From Azolla caroliniana (lineage: Eukaryota > Plantae > Polypodiophyta), in NCBI GenBank assembly GCA_043228905.1, contig JBHGNT010000339.1, positions 1-33,228 of the forward strand: a stretch of 33,228 nucleotides of DNA, in the 5' to 3' direction. Within the stretch, counting starts at the first letter, position 1; every line of letters begins with the position of its first letter. The notes beneath the pieces are model-generated. The model worked only from the letters and a program-made list of their open reading frames with translations. It was not told the origin of the DNA and ran no database searches. Positions 21,501-33,228 of the stretch are shown piece by piece. A program made the position numbers and the translations under genes.

Positions 21501-22181
21501 ATGAAGATTCCATATGCCTCTGCCGTCGGGAGCTTGATGTACACAATGGTGTGTACCCGACCGGATATAGGATACGCAGTCGGAGTGGTGAGCTGGTTCA
21601 TGAGCAATCCCGGCAAGGAGCACTGGAACGCGGTCAAATGGATACTCCGGTATTTGAAGGGCACTTCAAATATGTGTCTCTGATTCGGCTCCGGAAAACC
21701 TCAACTTGACGGTTTCACCGATTCTGACATGTCGGCTGATGTGGATACCAGCCGGTCTACATCCGGGTATGTAATGACATATGCAGGGGGAGTTGTTTCA
21801 TGGTAGTCGAGGCTGCAGAAGACGGTTGCATTGTCAACCATGGAGGTGGAGTACAAGGCGGTTGTGGAAGCATTCAAGGAAATATTATGGATGAAGGACC
21901 TCATCGAAGAGCTCGGTATCCGGCAAGATGAATACCGACTTTATTGCGACAGTCAAAGTGTCATCCATCTTGCTAAGAATGCAGCCTACCATTCTCGGAC
22001 GAAGCATATCCAACGAAGATATCACTGGATCCGGGAAAGAGTAGATGACCAGGAGTTCACACTGACGAAGATCCACACGACCGAGAACGGGTCAGATATG
22101 CTGACCAAAGTGCTGATACCCGACAAGCTGGATGCATGCCGGAAGAGGATCGGACTAGTAAGACACCCCATGCCGGAGTGA
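18556..22181 (+). pseudogene. gag-pol: Copia D gag-pol polyprotein, disrupted
   Basis: LTGSNYSVWK (gag), WVVDSRASFH (PR), PELNGLAERMNRT (INT), LLLYVDDML (RT) and YCDSQSVIHL..KHIQRRYHW (RNH). A frameshift near 19245 and stops at 20528 and 21683. Confidence 0.95.
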
Positions 22182-22191
22182 AGGGGGAGTT

Positions 22192-22509
22192 TGTTGGGAG
22201 ACAGGTCCCTCCGGATGGGAAGGAAGAAGAAAAGTGCTAATGAACAAACTTTGTTGTAACCGCCGCCTGTGGCGAGGATCGTGAGCACGAGGTCGTTGCC
22301 TCCGTGAACTCACTGCTGTACATTCTAACATAGTGATAGTTTTGCAGCCTGTGGGCTGCCATGGTTTTTCCCTTAGCTTGGGTTTTCCACGTAAACATCT
22401 TGCGTACTCGTCTCTTCTTCGTGTCGTTCGTTATTTCCCGTTTTCTGTGTATGATTCTAAGCTCGGTTGTGGCCGAGTGTTGCGCATAAGGAGCGTTGAG
22501 TTCCCGTCA
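22192..22509 (+). repeat. 3' LTR of copia D (318 bp, internally deleted)
   Basis: Matches 17670-17715 and about 18268-18526, joined by a short filler. Confidence 0.93.
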
Positions 22510-22665
22510 CATTAGACATGGCTCCATCTGATTCACCTTGATCCAATGGGCCCACTTCAATGTCGTATTCCGACATCTTTTTCTTGCCCTTCTCCCTGCG
22601 TGTTAGCCGTCTCTGTTTGTGGTTGGGGGATGGAGCCAAGAACGGCCCCACCCCACTCCCAAGGG
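22510..22665 (-). mobile_element. Continuation of copia E (INT-RT spacer)
   Basis: RREKGKKKMSEYDIEVGPLDQGESDGAMSN joins DEGPQELRQ.. left of 17670. Same KGKxKMSEY motif as copia C. Confidence 0.7.
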
Positions 22666-22669
22666 GTTG

Positions 22670-23095
22670 AGCGTGAAGGGAAGAGAGAGAGAGACACACA
22701 CACAATTATTGAGAGGCAAAAATTCTTCTATTCATTCATGCCCCATGGGTGGGGTTATATAGGTACATGATATGGGAATCACAATCCAAGAACATCCGAT
22801 GAGGCTTGTAGGTTAGTTACATAACCTTCTAACAACCTAGACCCACTTTACAACTCTATTCCATTTTTGTACACATTCACATAAATGTGCATGTGTTTAC
22901 ACATTAATATACGCACACTCACTTTTGTGCACACTTGCACACACTTACAACAATACTTTTCATACAATACTTTACACTTATCTATCCATGTACCATCACA
23001 CTTATACACTCATACACTTACAATTCCATGTATAACACATATGGCAAGCCCATGGAATAGTGCCTTGCATGGGTGAACCCACATGTTGCCCCATA
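22670..23095 (-). repeat. Probable LTR-like fragment of an unrelated element (CA/TG-rich)
   Basis: TATA-like box and CT/GT microsatellite on the minus strand. 22840-22925 resembles the reverse complement of about 29975-30062. Confidence 0.4.
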
Positions 23096-23494
23096 ATAAA
23101 CATGAAAAATTGGTCCTTGGACCAGAACTTACGACCGAAACTCCCTCGGTCTTCTCCTATCGCGTCAGTTAGAACACACATAACACAAACTTATATTTCA
23201 ACGACACGAACCTCTCGTTCAGTCGGCACATCTATGAACATAGAAACTTTGGTATCTCTTTTAGGTCTTACAATGATGTTGTGTGTATGTGTATGTGTTT
23301 TTCTTTATTTCATGTGAGCAGTTTCGAGTTTATGAAATGTTGTGTATTTCCTTTACTTTCTGAAATTTTAAGATCTGCCCTCATGTTTTTGAAATTCTTA
23401 CGATGCCCTTCGGATTTTGAAATTTTATTATATACCCTTGAGTCTTTAAAATTTGCGCTATGTCCTCATATTATTGAAATTTTCTCACATGCCC

Positions 23495-23745
23495 CTCTCT
23501 TGTCATTCCTTCTCTTTTTCTGCATCTGTTTCCTTCTTCTTTTGTTTGTTCTGGTTTTCTTCCTTGTTCTCTCTTTCTACTGTTCGGCCGGTTTCTATTC
23601 CTCTTCTTCTTCCTTGTTTTTCTTTCTGTTGTCGATGTTTCATTTTCTTCTTAGTCTTCTATTTATCTTCTCTTTCTTTCTCTGTTTCTTCTTCTTCTTC
23701 TTCTTCTTTTTTCTCTGTCATTTCTTGTCGTATCTTCCTCTTCCA
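23495..23745. repeat. Polypyrimidine low-complexity tract with (CTT)n
   Basis: Strongly C/T-biased, with about 7 CTT units at about 23686-23707. Confidence 0.8.
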
Positions 23746-23747
23746 AA

Positions 23748-24220
23748 TTATGCTTGTGAAGAGCCAGAAAAGAGATAAACCATGCATTATGTACAACAAT
23801 GAGCCACTGGAATGTGTGCAAAGATTCAAATATCTTGGCCTTCAAGTTCCATCAAATCATAGATGGAATGAATGTGTTACACGCTGCTTAGAGGCGGGTA
23901 AGCGAGCATACTATGCATTTGAGAACACATGCAATCTTGGAGATATTTAAGTGTTGGGTCCTCTAAGAAATATATTTTCTACACTTTTATGACACCGGTT
24001 CTTCTCTATGGGGTGGAAGTATGGGGCGGTAGCATCCTTAAATCTATGTGTAAAGAGTTTGAAAATGTCCAAAAACATTTTCTTACAAAGTTTCTACAAG
24101 TTAAGAAACAAACACCCTACACCCTCCTCCTTGAGATAGGATCACTTCCCACTGAGATTATGGCCATGGAAAGGGTTGTTGAATACATGCTTAAGGTTCA
24201 AAAAAGTCTCTCACATCGAA
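23748..24220 (+). mobile_element. Non-LTR retrotransposon (LINE) ORF2 fragment, RT thumb/C-terminal region
   Basis: IMYNNEPLECVQRFKYLGL..RCLEAGKRAYYAF and TPVLLYGVEVWG..ENVQKHFL, typical of RTE/L2/CR1-type LINE ORF2. Frameshifted. Confidence 0.8.
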
Positions 24221-24224
24221 ACTT

Positions 24225-25003
24225 CAGGAGTGCACTGCCACATCAATGACTAAGGCCAAATACATAGCCGCGTCCGATCGGCTGGCCTACACATTTCGAC
24301 AAGCCGAAATCAGCTCGGCCCCAATCGTTTAAAGTGACAGTCAGGGTGTTGTTGCTCTGTCGAAAAATCCGGTTCATCACAACGCCTCCAAGAATATCGA
24401 CGTTCGATATCATTTCGTTCGGGACTGCGTCAACAATTGATAATGTTGCGGACACATTAACCAAGTGTCTTTCGGTGGATCGATTTCGATCCTGTAGGCA
24501 ACACATGGGGGTAATGAAGAATCAATTTGATTAAATCAGACACGCAGGATGCTCTTCGGACACCAAACTTTGGTTGTTCGGAACTTTGTATCAATCTGTA
24601 TTATATACTCATTTCTATTACAAATTTCGGATGTCTACGCCCATTACGGGGGAGTGTTGAATACGGGTTTCTAATGGACGTATTCACATTGTCTCCTTTT
24701 GAACACACTAAACTTAGGCTATTTATATAAATAGTGAGAACATCAGTTGCCCTAAGTTAGTTAGTATATAAACTAACTTTGTAACCCAGTTATGGGGTTG
24801 GTCGCTCATTTTTGTAAAGAGTTGTAATAAACTTCATTGACATTGTGCCTACTTGACTCTGACTCTCTCTCTTGCATACAAGTTGTGTTACCTTTTACTT
24901 TTCTGTCTTTGTTGCCATCAAAGCTATGATCTTGTATCAACCTACGATCTTATCCTAGAAGAGTGTTGATCTTGTTCCGCATTAGAAGACGATGTTTCCA
25001 ACA
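24225..25003 (+). mobile_element. 3' fragment of a copia element G (RNase H end, PPT, 3' LTR 24655-25003)
   Basis: Degenerate ..NPVHHNASK.IDVRYHFVRDCV..NVADTLTK, PPT ACGGGGGAG at 24646-24654, and LTR TGTTGAAT..TTTCCAACA. Confidence 0.82.
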
Positions 25004-28000
25004 ACTTGAACCGAAACGAAGACGCACGTTCGAGGTGCCTTTTAGGTACCGAAGTATCCACTTCACGGTAGCCCAATGCTCTCTTCTAGGGTTTCTCATG
25101 TATCGGCTAACCATGCCGATTGCGTATCCTATGTCCGGCTTGGTACATACCATCGCATACATCAGGCTTCCAACTGTGGAGGCGTAGGGAACATTTGACA
25201 TCTCGGCCTTCTCGGATCTCGATTTCAGACATTGTTCTCTGCTTAGTTCGTCGACAGTGTCGAGCCAACCGGTTTTATGCCTTCCATGCCAAATCTCTTT
25301 AGCACCTTTGTCACGTATTTTTCTTGTGACAACCACAACAATTTCTTTGTTGGATCCTGAAAAACATGCATCCCCAGGATTTGCTTTGCCGAACCCATAT
25401 CCTTCATCGAGAATGATCTGCTTAAGGCCTTCTTCAGCACACATATCTTCGTATGGTCCCATCCGACAATCAACATATCGTCCACGTACAACAGGAGGAT
25501 GAGGAAATCTCTTCCGTCGAATTTCTTCACAAATACGTAATGATCGGCCTGCATTTTGTGGTACCCGTTATCGGTCATGAAGGATTCGAATTTTCGGTAC
25601 CATTGTTGAGGTGCTTGCTTCAGCCCGTACAAGCTCTTCCTTAGTCGGCATACTAGGTTCTCTTTACCTTACTCCACAAATCCTTCCGGCTGGTGCATAT
25701 AGACCTCCTCTTCGAGATCACCATGCAGAAATATTGTTTTGACATCTAGTTGTTCGATTTCAAAATCCATGCTGGCCGCGATGCTCAGCATGGTTTGGAT
25801 TGACATCATCTTTACGATCAGAACAAATATTTCATCGATATCGACACCCTTCTTCTGCTGCAATCCTTTCACGATGATTCGTTCTTTGTACCTGCGTGGT
25901 TTCCCGCCATCTCACGGTTTTAACTTGTATACCCATTTATTCTGAAGTGCCTTCTTTCCTCTAGGCAGTTCGGTCAGTTCATATGTGTGGTTCTTATGAA
26001 GGAAATCCATCTCCTCTTGCATGGCACTCAACCACTTTTGGATGTGGGTATCTTCCTTAGCTTCTTCAAAAGCTTTCCGGCTCCCCCTCATCGGTTAGTA
26101 GTACACGCTCTTCATTCGGGAATCTTCAGTTCTCGATTTTGCTGAGTATTGAATCGGCCGATTGGCTCGAGTTCGATTTCGATCGAATCAGCTTCTTCTC
26201 GATTCGATCGAGCGTTGACTCGGTTTGATTTGGTAGTTGGAGAGTTATTCTCAATCTCCCAGTCGACTATTGTCTTTTCCTCCATGAAGACAATGTCGCG
26301 GTTCCTAATCACTTTCTTCTCAACTAAGTCCCATAGCCGATAGCCAAATTCATCATTACCGTAGACGAGGAATATACCTACCCGAGATTTTAGGTCTAAT
26401 TTTCCCCTTTGGTCTTTTGCCACATGCACATAGGCAAGACAGCCGAAGACCCTTAGATGTCGGTACGAAATGTTTCTGCCGCTCCACACCCTTTGTGGGT
26501 ATCACTGTCTAAGGGTACTAAGGGTGATTGGTTTATCACATACGTCGCCGTCATTAGTGCCTTAGCCCAGAATGTCTTTAGTAACTTAGCATGTGCAAGC
26601 ATGCTTCAGACCCTTACCATTACGGTCCAGTTCAATCTCTCGGCCAACCCATTAAGCTTTTGTGTCTTCGAGATGGTATACTGGAGCCAGTTTCCTTGAT
26701 TTCGGCAATATTCCTCAAAGGGTCCACGATACTCTCTGTCATTGTCCGCTTGGACTGCCTTTAGTTTTCAGCCGGTTTTTCTCTCGGCTCTCGTTTGGAA
26801 CTTTTTGAAGATAGATAACACTTGATCCTTCTTCTTCAACACGGAAGCCCACAACTTCCAGCTACAGTCCTCAATGAAGGTCACAAAATATTGTGAACCA
26901 CCATGAGACTTCGTGTCCACATAGCATATGTCTCTATGCACGAGTTTTAGCAACATTTTCTTCCTCATCAGGGGCCTTGCTCGGAAGGATGTTCGATTCT
27001 GCTTCTCGGCCAAGCAATCAATGCACTTCTCAAATTGCACGTTCTTCACCTCCAGAATGAGGTTGTCCTCGGCAAGCTTTCGCATCCCCTTCTAGCTCAT
27101 ATGGCACAACCTTCTATGCCACAACTCACAGACCGTGTCAGCTGCCACATTTGCATCCCCTCGGCATATTCGAGCATTCATTATGTACAGTGTGTTGGTC
27201 TTCAGAGCTCGAACCACGATCAGGCTTCCTCGGCAGAACTTCAGGACACTGTTCTAGATGCTACCTATGTAGCCTTCATCATCTAGCCGACCGGTTGATA
27301 TTAGGTTCAACCGAACCTCCTGAACGTGTCGTACATCTCTCAACATGAGTCTGCACCCGGTTGAGGTTTCCAAACACACATCTCCAATACTGACGATTCG
27401 GCATGCTCCTTCATTTCCCATCTTTACAGATCCAAGATCTCTGGCTCTGTAGCATGAGAAGCACTTTCGGTCAGAGGTTAGGTGAAACGACTCACCTGAA
27501 TCGACCACCCATGTCGATTCTTCGCTTGGGAGATGCATTTCATTTTGCTCACTAATGAGCAACAACTCCTCCTCACTGGCAACGATTTTTGAGTTGTTCT
27601 TCCTGTCCAGGATTTTCTTCGGCTCTACACCATCATCTCCCCCTTTCTCCTTTCAAAAGTGTCGGTAGTTTTTCTGGCTTCCCACAATAGAAGCACGTGG
27701 GTCCCCCCCTCGACTTCGAACTGGTCCCTGACTTATCTCGATTCTGGGAACTTCGATTTCGGCTTATTCCCTGAATTGTGTCACCTTCCGTGACTAAGGC
27801 CTTCTGCTCGGTATTGGACTCTCAGTCTATCCGGCGAGCTTCTTCGTTTAGCAAGCATGACTTCACCTGCTCTAGGGATAGGTGTTTCCCTTCCTGTCCC
27901 GCATTGCCTAATGTGACAACCAACATTTCCCAACTGTCCGGAAGGGATCCCAACAACAACAATGCTAATACCTCGTCCACCAGAGGTACTTCTAGAGAGG

Positions 28001-28648
28001 CAGTTTGGTTCATCAATCCTTGGAAGGCATTGATGTGCTCTGCCATACTAGAGCCATCATGATATCGGAGCTTCACAATTTTTCGAAATACTGAGACTCG
28101 GTTCACGACGTTTTTGTTTCCGAACATGACATCGATCTTCTTCCATAGAACGTCTGCTTATGTTTCTTCGCCAAAGTTGTTGTATAGACTCATGTTTGGT
28201 CCTTTATCTCCGAACTGCACCGGCAGCCAGAGGTCTTTGCACACGAGCATGTCTCTCATCTTCGACTTCCACATTGAGTAGTTGGAGCCGGTTAGCTTAA
28301 ACATCCCACCAAACGAGTCTTCCATCACTATGATACCTCTTTTTTAGGAAACGACCGGCCACAACTAGTTACACATTCGTATTCGTGTACAGAAACCAAG
28401 AATTGGCAGGCAAACATAAAAACGCAAAGACATAGAGACACCGATATTTTACGTGGAAATTGCTTATAAACAAAAGCAAATTTCTGGCTATTTACAAGTA
28501 TAGCCCACAAGGGGCATTTTAGACTATTTACGATTGTAGTCTTCCGAAACGATTTCAATTTTCTATTTTTATTTTGGTTTCGGTCTCGTCCGAGATACTC
28601 ACCAACACGGTACTTCTCTTCCCATCCTGAGGGACATGTTTCCCAACA
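25004..28648 (-). mobile_element. Copia element F (related to D): 5' LTR, gag, PR, INT, RT; 3' end lost
   Basis: LTR start TGTTGGGAAACATGTCCC at 28648, degenerate PBS at about 28327-28338, and gag MEDSFGGMFKLTGSNY at 28325. Motifs WVVDSGESFH, FVTFIEDC and LLLYVDDML. Confidence 0.92.
28340..28648 (-). repeat. 5' LTR of copia F (~310 bp, inner end degenerate)
   Basis: Both termini resemble the copia D LTR termini, and it lies next to the PBS remnant. Confidence 0.75.
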
Positions 28649-28654
28649 CAACGC

Positions 28655-29915
28655 ACATCGTGGTTATTGGATTCTAGCACCACGTCCCATGTAAGCCCCA
28701 CCAACAAATGGTTTACAGGCTATTCGACTGGAGCCGACGACACAGTTCGACTCGGCAATGGGCAAGAATATGGAATTGCTAGAATCGACTAGGTCCCAAT
28801 TCAATTGCCGAATGGCACTATGATCATCCTGCACCATGTTTGGCACATACGCAAGTTAAAAAGGAGTCTGCTCTCCATCGTCGTGCTAGCCGAGGCTAGG
28901 TACAGGACGACACTCAACAAGTCTTCATGGCCGATCACAAAGGGAAATCTAAAAATTGTTCATGGCAGCAAGTACAATAATTTGTACTCGCTAAATGTGT
29001 TCAGTCGGAGGGTTCCATCAATGTAGTCGAATTGTCGACTCCCTCATTATGTCATGGACGACTCAGCCATCTGGCATCCCAAGCTGGATTAGACCATTTA
29101 TTAACAATCGGCTACATTCTGAAACTCTGTCAAGCTAAGACGAACTTCTTCAAGCACTGTCAATATGGGAAACAAACCCAAAGTCCAGACATGATTCACT
29201 ATGAGACGGTGTACCAACCCCTAGAGTTGATCCACACCGATATCTGTAGGCCGATGCCCAAGAGATCTCTTGGTGGCTCGCGGTACTTCATCACCTTTGT
29301 TGATGACTATATACGGAAGGTCTAGGCTTACTCGATTAAGTCCAAGCACGAAGTGCTTGAGGTTTTTGCACGATTGGTAGCTGAAACCGAAACTGGTCTG
29401 GCCACAAAGTGAAGACACTCTAGTTGGACTACGATGGTAAATACACCTCCAGAGCCTTCAAGAAGTACCTATCCGAAAAAGGAACCCAACATTAGAAGAT
29501 TGTTACCTACACCCCTATGCAAAACGGTGTAGCCAAACGAATGAACTAGACCATACAAGAACGTGTGATGGCAATGCTCCAATAAGCAGGAGCAAAGCTA
29601 GAGTTCTGGACCGAAGCATTGTAGATGGCAATATACCTGATAAATCTATCACCATTGAAAGCAATCTGGCTCTAGGTGCCACAGGTACTATGGTCGGGAA
29701 GACAACCGACCTATCATCGGCTTTGTATATTCGGATGCGAAGCCTATGAATTTATTCCAATGCAGAAAAGGACAAAGCTAACATCGCATTCCACAAAGTG
29801 TATATTTCTCGGTTATGGAAATGATGGGGAATTCGACTACAGGTTATGGGATCCAAAGAACCGGATATTGATCCGGAGTAGTGACATGGTCTTCAATGAA
29901 GACTCAATTGTTACC
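28655..29915 (+). mobile_element. Old copia fragment (protease - GAG-pre-integrase - integrase)
   Basis: WLLDSSTTSHV, LELIHTDICRPM..RYFITFVDDY, PMQNGVAKRMN and KCIFLGYGNDGEFDYRLWD. Many stops. Confidence 0.88.
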
Positions 29916-30076
29916 CGTAGGAGATGTACGACGAGGTATAAGGGTGAAAGACGATAGAGTGATTGTTGTGTATGTGTATATGAGTGTAAGGATGGGTATG
30001 TGTATGAACACATGCACATTTGTGTGCATGTGTACAAAGATGAGAGAGTGGTTAAGTGGTGTAACTACCTACTTCT

Positions 30077-30788
30077 TGGTGAGAAATCGATGCGGAATAG
30101 ATCACAATAAACGAACTACGCGCTGAAATATGAATTACAGAAAATGCCAAAAAAGACAAGATGATGAAATATACACAGAGATTTACGTGGAAACCTTAAA
30201 ATGGGGAAAAAAACCACGGGTGATCAGATTCCTCACTATAATATAGTGGATATACAATACAGAGAAGATTACAACACTCCGTCGAGTGTATCAGTCGCAC
30301 AGGGCTCTTCGTGTCTGTTGTTACACACACAACTATGGCGTAGCTCTCACTTCTCTCTCTCTCTCTCTGACAGTCGTTCTACTTCTGCAGTTCTAACTCT
30401 GTTCGTCACACAGTTTTGTTTTGCCCTAGTTGCATATATACTTACACAACTTTTCTGGCTATTTACATATGTAGTCCTCATGGGGCGCACACTTAGACTA
30501 TTTACAATTATAGTCTCTCGAGTTGGTTATTTACACGATTCCAGTTTCAGCCTCGGCCTATCGGCCTCTGCCAAGTCACTCATCAACTCAGCTCCTCTCT
30601 CTTTCCCATCTGGAGGGACTTGTTTCCACACATCATCATTATTATTATTACTATAATAATAATAGTCAAATCTTCAAACAGTCGACTCACTGTTTTCGAC
30701 TCTTCGACTGTCAGCTTTATGAATAGTCTGATCTTCCCTGTCATCGACTGTCGGCTTTTCCTCCCACTGGAGGGACATATTCCCAACA
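30077..30788 (-). repeat. Composite 3' LTR region of copia H
   Basis: 30077-30470 resembles 3489-3860, 30470-30630 resembles the U3 of LTR F with its own terminus, and 30631-30788 resembles about 3870-4090. Confidence 0.8.
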
Positions 30789-33228
30789 AACTCCCCCTTC
30801 ACTTCTATGGGAGGGAATCTGTCAGTCATGTATTTTGTCGACAGACTCTGAGTCTGTCCAAAGGTAGGTTCTTCGTCAGCATATCAGATCCATTGTCGTC
30901 AGTATGGATCTTCTCAAGAGTGAACTCTCCATCTTCAACTCTCTATATGTGCTTGGTCTAGGAGTGGTATGCCGCGTTCTTGGCTAGGTGTATGGCGCTT
31001 TGGCTGTCACAGTGAACCAAGAACTCCTTTTGTTTCATGCCTAATTTGGTGAGAAAATTTCTCATCCAGATCAACTCTTTTCCGGCTTTTACCGCTGCCA
31101 TATACTTTGCCTCTGTAGTCGACAAGTCTACAGACTTCTGCAGTTGTGACTGCCATGACACTGCTCCCCCTACCTAGGTCATCACGTACCCTGAGGTAGA
31201 TCGGCTTGAGTCGACATCTCCTAACATGTCCGATTCGGTAAAACCTTCCAACAGAGGTTTTCCAACACCATACCTCAAGCACACACCTGAGGTGCCCTTT
31301 AAATACTTGAGTATCCACTTCACGGCTGCCTAGTGTTCTTTCCCTAGATTACTCATATATCAGCTTACTGCTCCTACAACAAATGCTATGTCCGGTCTCG
31401 TACAGACCATAGCATACATTAGATTGCCGACGGCTGAGGCATATGGTACCTTCTTCATCTCAGCCTTTTCCTCCTGTCCTTTTGGACACTGCTTCGCATT
31501 TAGTTTGCAATTTGTCAGCAGCACTGAGTTGACTGGCTTTGCATTCGACATGTTGAACCTCTCTAGGATCTTCGTCACATACTTCTGTTGTGACAACCAT
31601 AGCATCTTTCGAGCTTTATCTCGGGTTATGTGCAGTCCTAGGATTTGCTTTGCCGGTCCAAGGTCTTTCATGGAAAATGATTTACCAAGAGCTTTCTTCA
31701 AGCTTCCAATCTTCCTTGTGTCTTGACCGACTATCTACATATCATCAACGTATAACAAGAGAATCAAGAAATCTCCTTCCTCGTACCTTTTGACGAACAC
31801 ACAGTGATCGACCTGTGTTTTCTAGAACCGATGTTCCATCATGAAGGGGACTCAAATTTCTTGTACCATTGGCGTGGAGCTTGTTTCAATCCGTACAAGC
31901 TTTTCTTCAGTCGACACACCAGATTCTCTTTCCCTTTCTCCTCAAAGCCTTCGAGTTGCTGCATGTAGATTTCTTCGTCTAGCTCCTTGTGTAGAAATGC
32001 GGTTTTGACATCCAATTGTTCGATCTCAAGATCCATGCTGGCCGCTATGCTCAGAACAGTTCGAATCGATGTCATCTTCACGAGTGGTGCGAATATTTCG
32101 TCAAGGTCGATGCCCTTCCTCTGTTGGAAACCCTTCACCACTATGCGGGCTTTATACCTGGGCTCGCTATCGACTTCTCAAGTCTTCACCTTGTAGACCC
32201 ATTTATTCCTGAGTGCTCTCTTACCTTTCGGCAGCTCTACTAGGTTGTAGGTGTAATTCGTGTGCAAGGATTCCATCTCCTCTTGCATTGCGTTCAGCCA
32301 TTTTTCTCTGCTCTCGTCGGCAGTGGCTTCTTTATAGCACTCCGGTTCACCGTCATCAGTGAAGAGGATGTATTGACTAGCATATGTAGTCGGTACCTTC
32401 CTTTCTCTGAGTGGGTATCTTCTTCCACTCGTTGTTGGCTCTATTTTGGATGTCTTTGGCAACTCTTCTCTTTGCTCGGGATTCTGCTCATCAATTGGCA
32501 TCTCCAGGTTGGACAGCTCCAACTCCTATTCCTCAATTGATTTTAGCAGGTCTGCCAACTCTGACTCATAGTCTGTCGGTCTTTCCTAGTTGACCGACTT
32601 GGATTCGGCTCTGTTGGACAGTTGTCTCCTTATAGTTGTCGGTGACGACTCACTTGGCCTTAAGTCGATGGTAGTCGAGGTTGACTGGGGAGTCGGTTCC
32701 GACTTCTGTTGCTTCTAGTCTTCAATTGTCTTCTCTTCTAGAAGGACTAAATCCCGACTTCTCACTACCTTCTTGTCGACTAAGTCCCACAACCTGTAGC
32801 TGAACTCATCTTCCGAGTATCCCATGAATATGCATGCTTTCGACTTGCTGTCGAGCTTTGACCTTTGATCCTTTGGTACATGCATATACGCCAAACATCC
32901 GAACACCCTCAAGAGTTGGTAGGAGACATCCTTCCCTGTCCACACCCTTTGTGGGACATCACCCTTTAATGGAACTAAGGGAGACCTATTGATCTGATAA
33001 ACAACTCTGTACATTGCCTCAACCCAATAGGATTTTGGCAGTTTCGCATGAGAGAGCATGCTCCTTACTCTCTCCATGATGATTCAATTCATCCTCTCTA
33101 CAAGCGCGTTCAACTATGGGGTCTTTGGCATTGTGTATTCGATCCGAATACCTTGGCACTTGCAGTATTCCTCGAACTTCCCTTTGTACTCGCCATCGTT
33201 ATCGGTTCAGACAACCTTTAGTTTCCGA
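30077..33228 (-). mobile_element. Copia element H (same family as A): 3' LTR, RNH, RT, INT C-half; runs off the right edge of the window
   Basis: Colinear and highly similar to 3489-6450. PPT at 30789-30800; motifs [23 protein letters not shown] and HCDSQSAIHL. Confidence 0.95.

Larger units (their letters stand above)
17670..22509 (+). mobile_element. Near full-length Ty1/copia element D (Tnt1-like)
   Basis: Two LTRs TGTTGGGAG..GTCA, PBS, gag-PR-INT-RT-RNH, PPT at about 22180-22191, and TSD CATCA (17665-17669) / CATTA (22510-22514). Confidence 0.96.

Noticed and set aside
23281-23778. Phe/Leu-rich 165-aa ORF as a membrane or env-like protein
   Set aside because: It is a product of the polypyrimidine low-complexity tract.
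646-33077. Numerous antisense ORFs overlapping pol regions (e.g. 646-1038, 15209-15838, 18849-19469, 20408-20923)
   Set aside because: They are shadow frames of retrotransposon coding sequence with no independent motifs.

Overview
Eukaryotic, plant-type repeat nest with no ordinary host gene. A non-seed plant such as a fern or bryophyte is inferred, not proven. Most of the window is decayed, nested LTR retrotransposons: one Ty3/gypsy element, about eight Ty1/copia copies or fragments, and a LINE fragment. Many of their boundaries can be read directly from TG..CA LTR ends, PBS, PPT and 5-bp TSDs. The notable feature is a 6,864-bp cut-and-paste DNA transposon at 8034-14897. It has 25-bp TIRs starting GGG and a 4-bp AAGA TSD (Sola2-like), and it sits in a copia pol spacer. 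It carries a reconstructable 5-exon gene encoding an unknown N-terminal domain plus a RING-H2 finger. A phase-compatible alternative last exon encodes an FCP1/SCP-like HAD phosphatase domain with an altered catalytic motif. The introns are filled with telo-box repeats and a ~1.2-kb array of the palindrome TAGCTAATTAGCTA, which also sits next to both TIRs. A convergent minus-strand gene remnant, probably a transposase C-terminus, is fused to an 83-bp tandem repeat.
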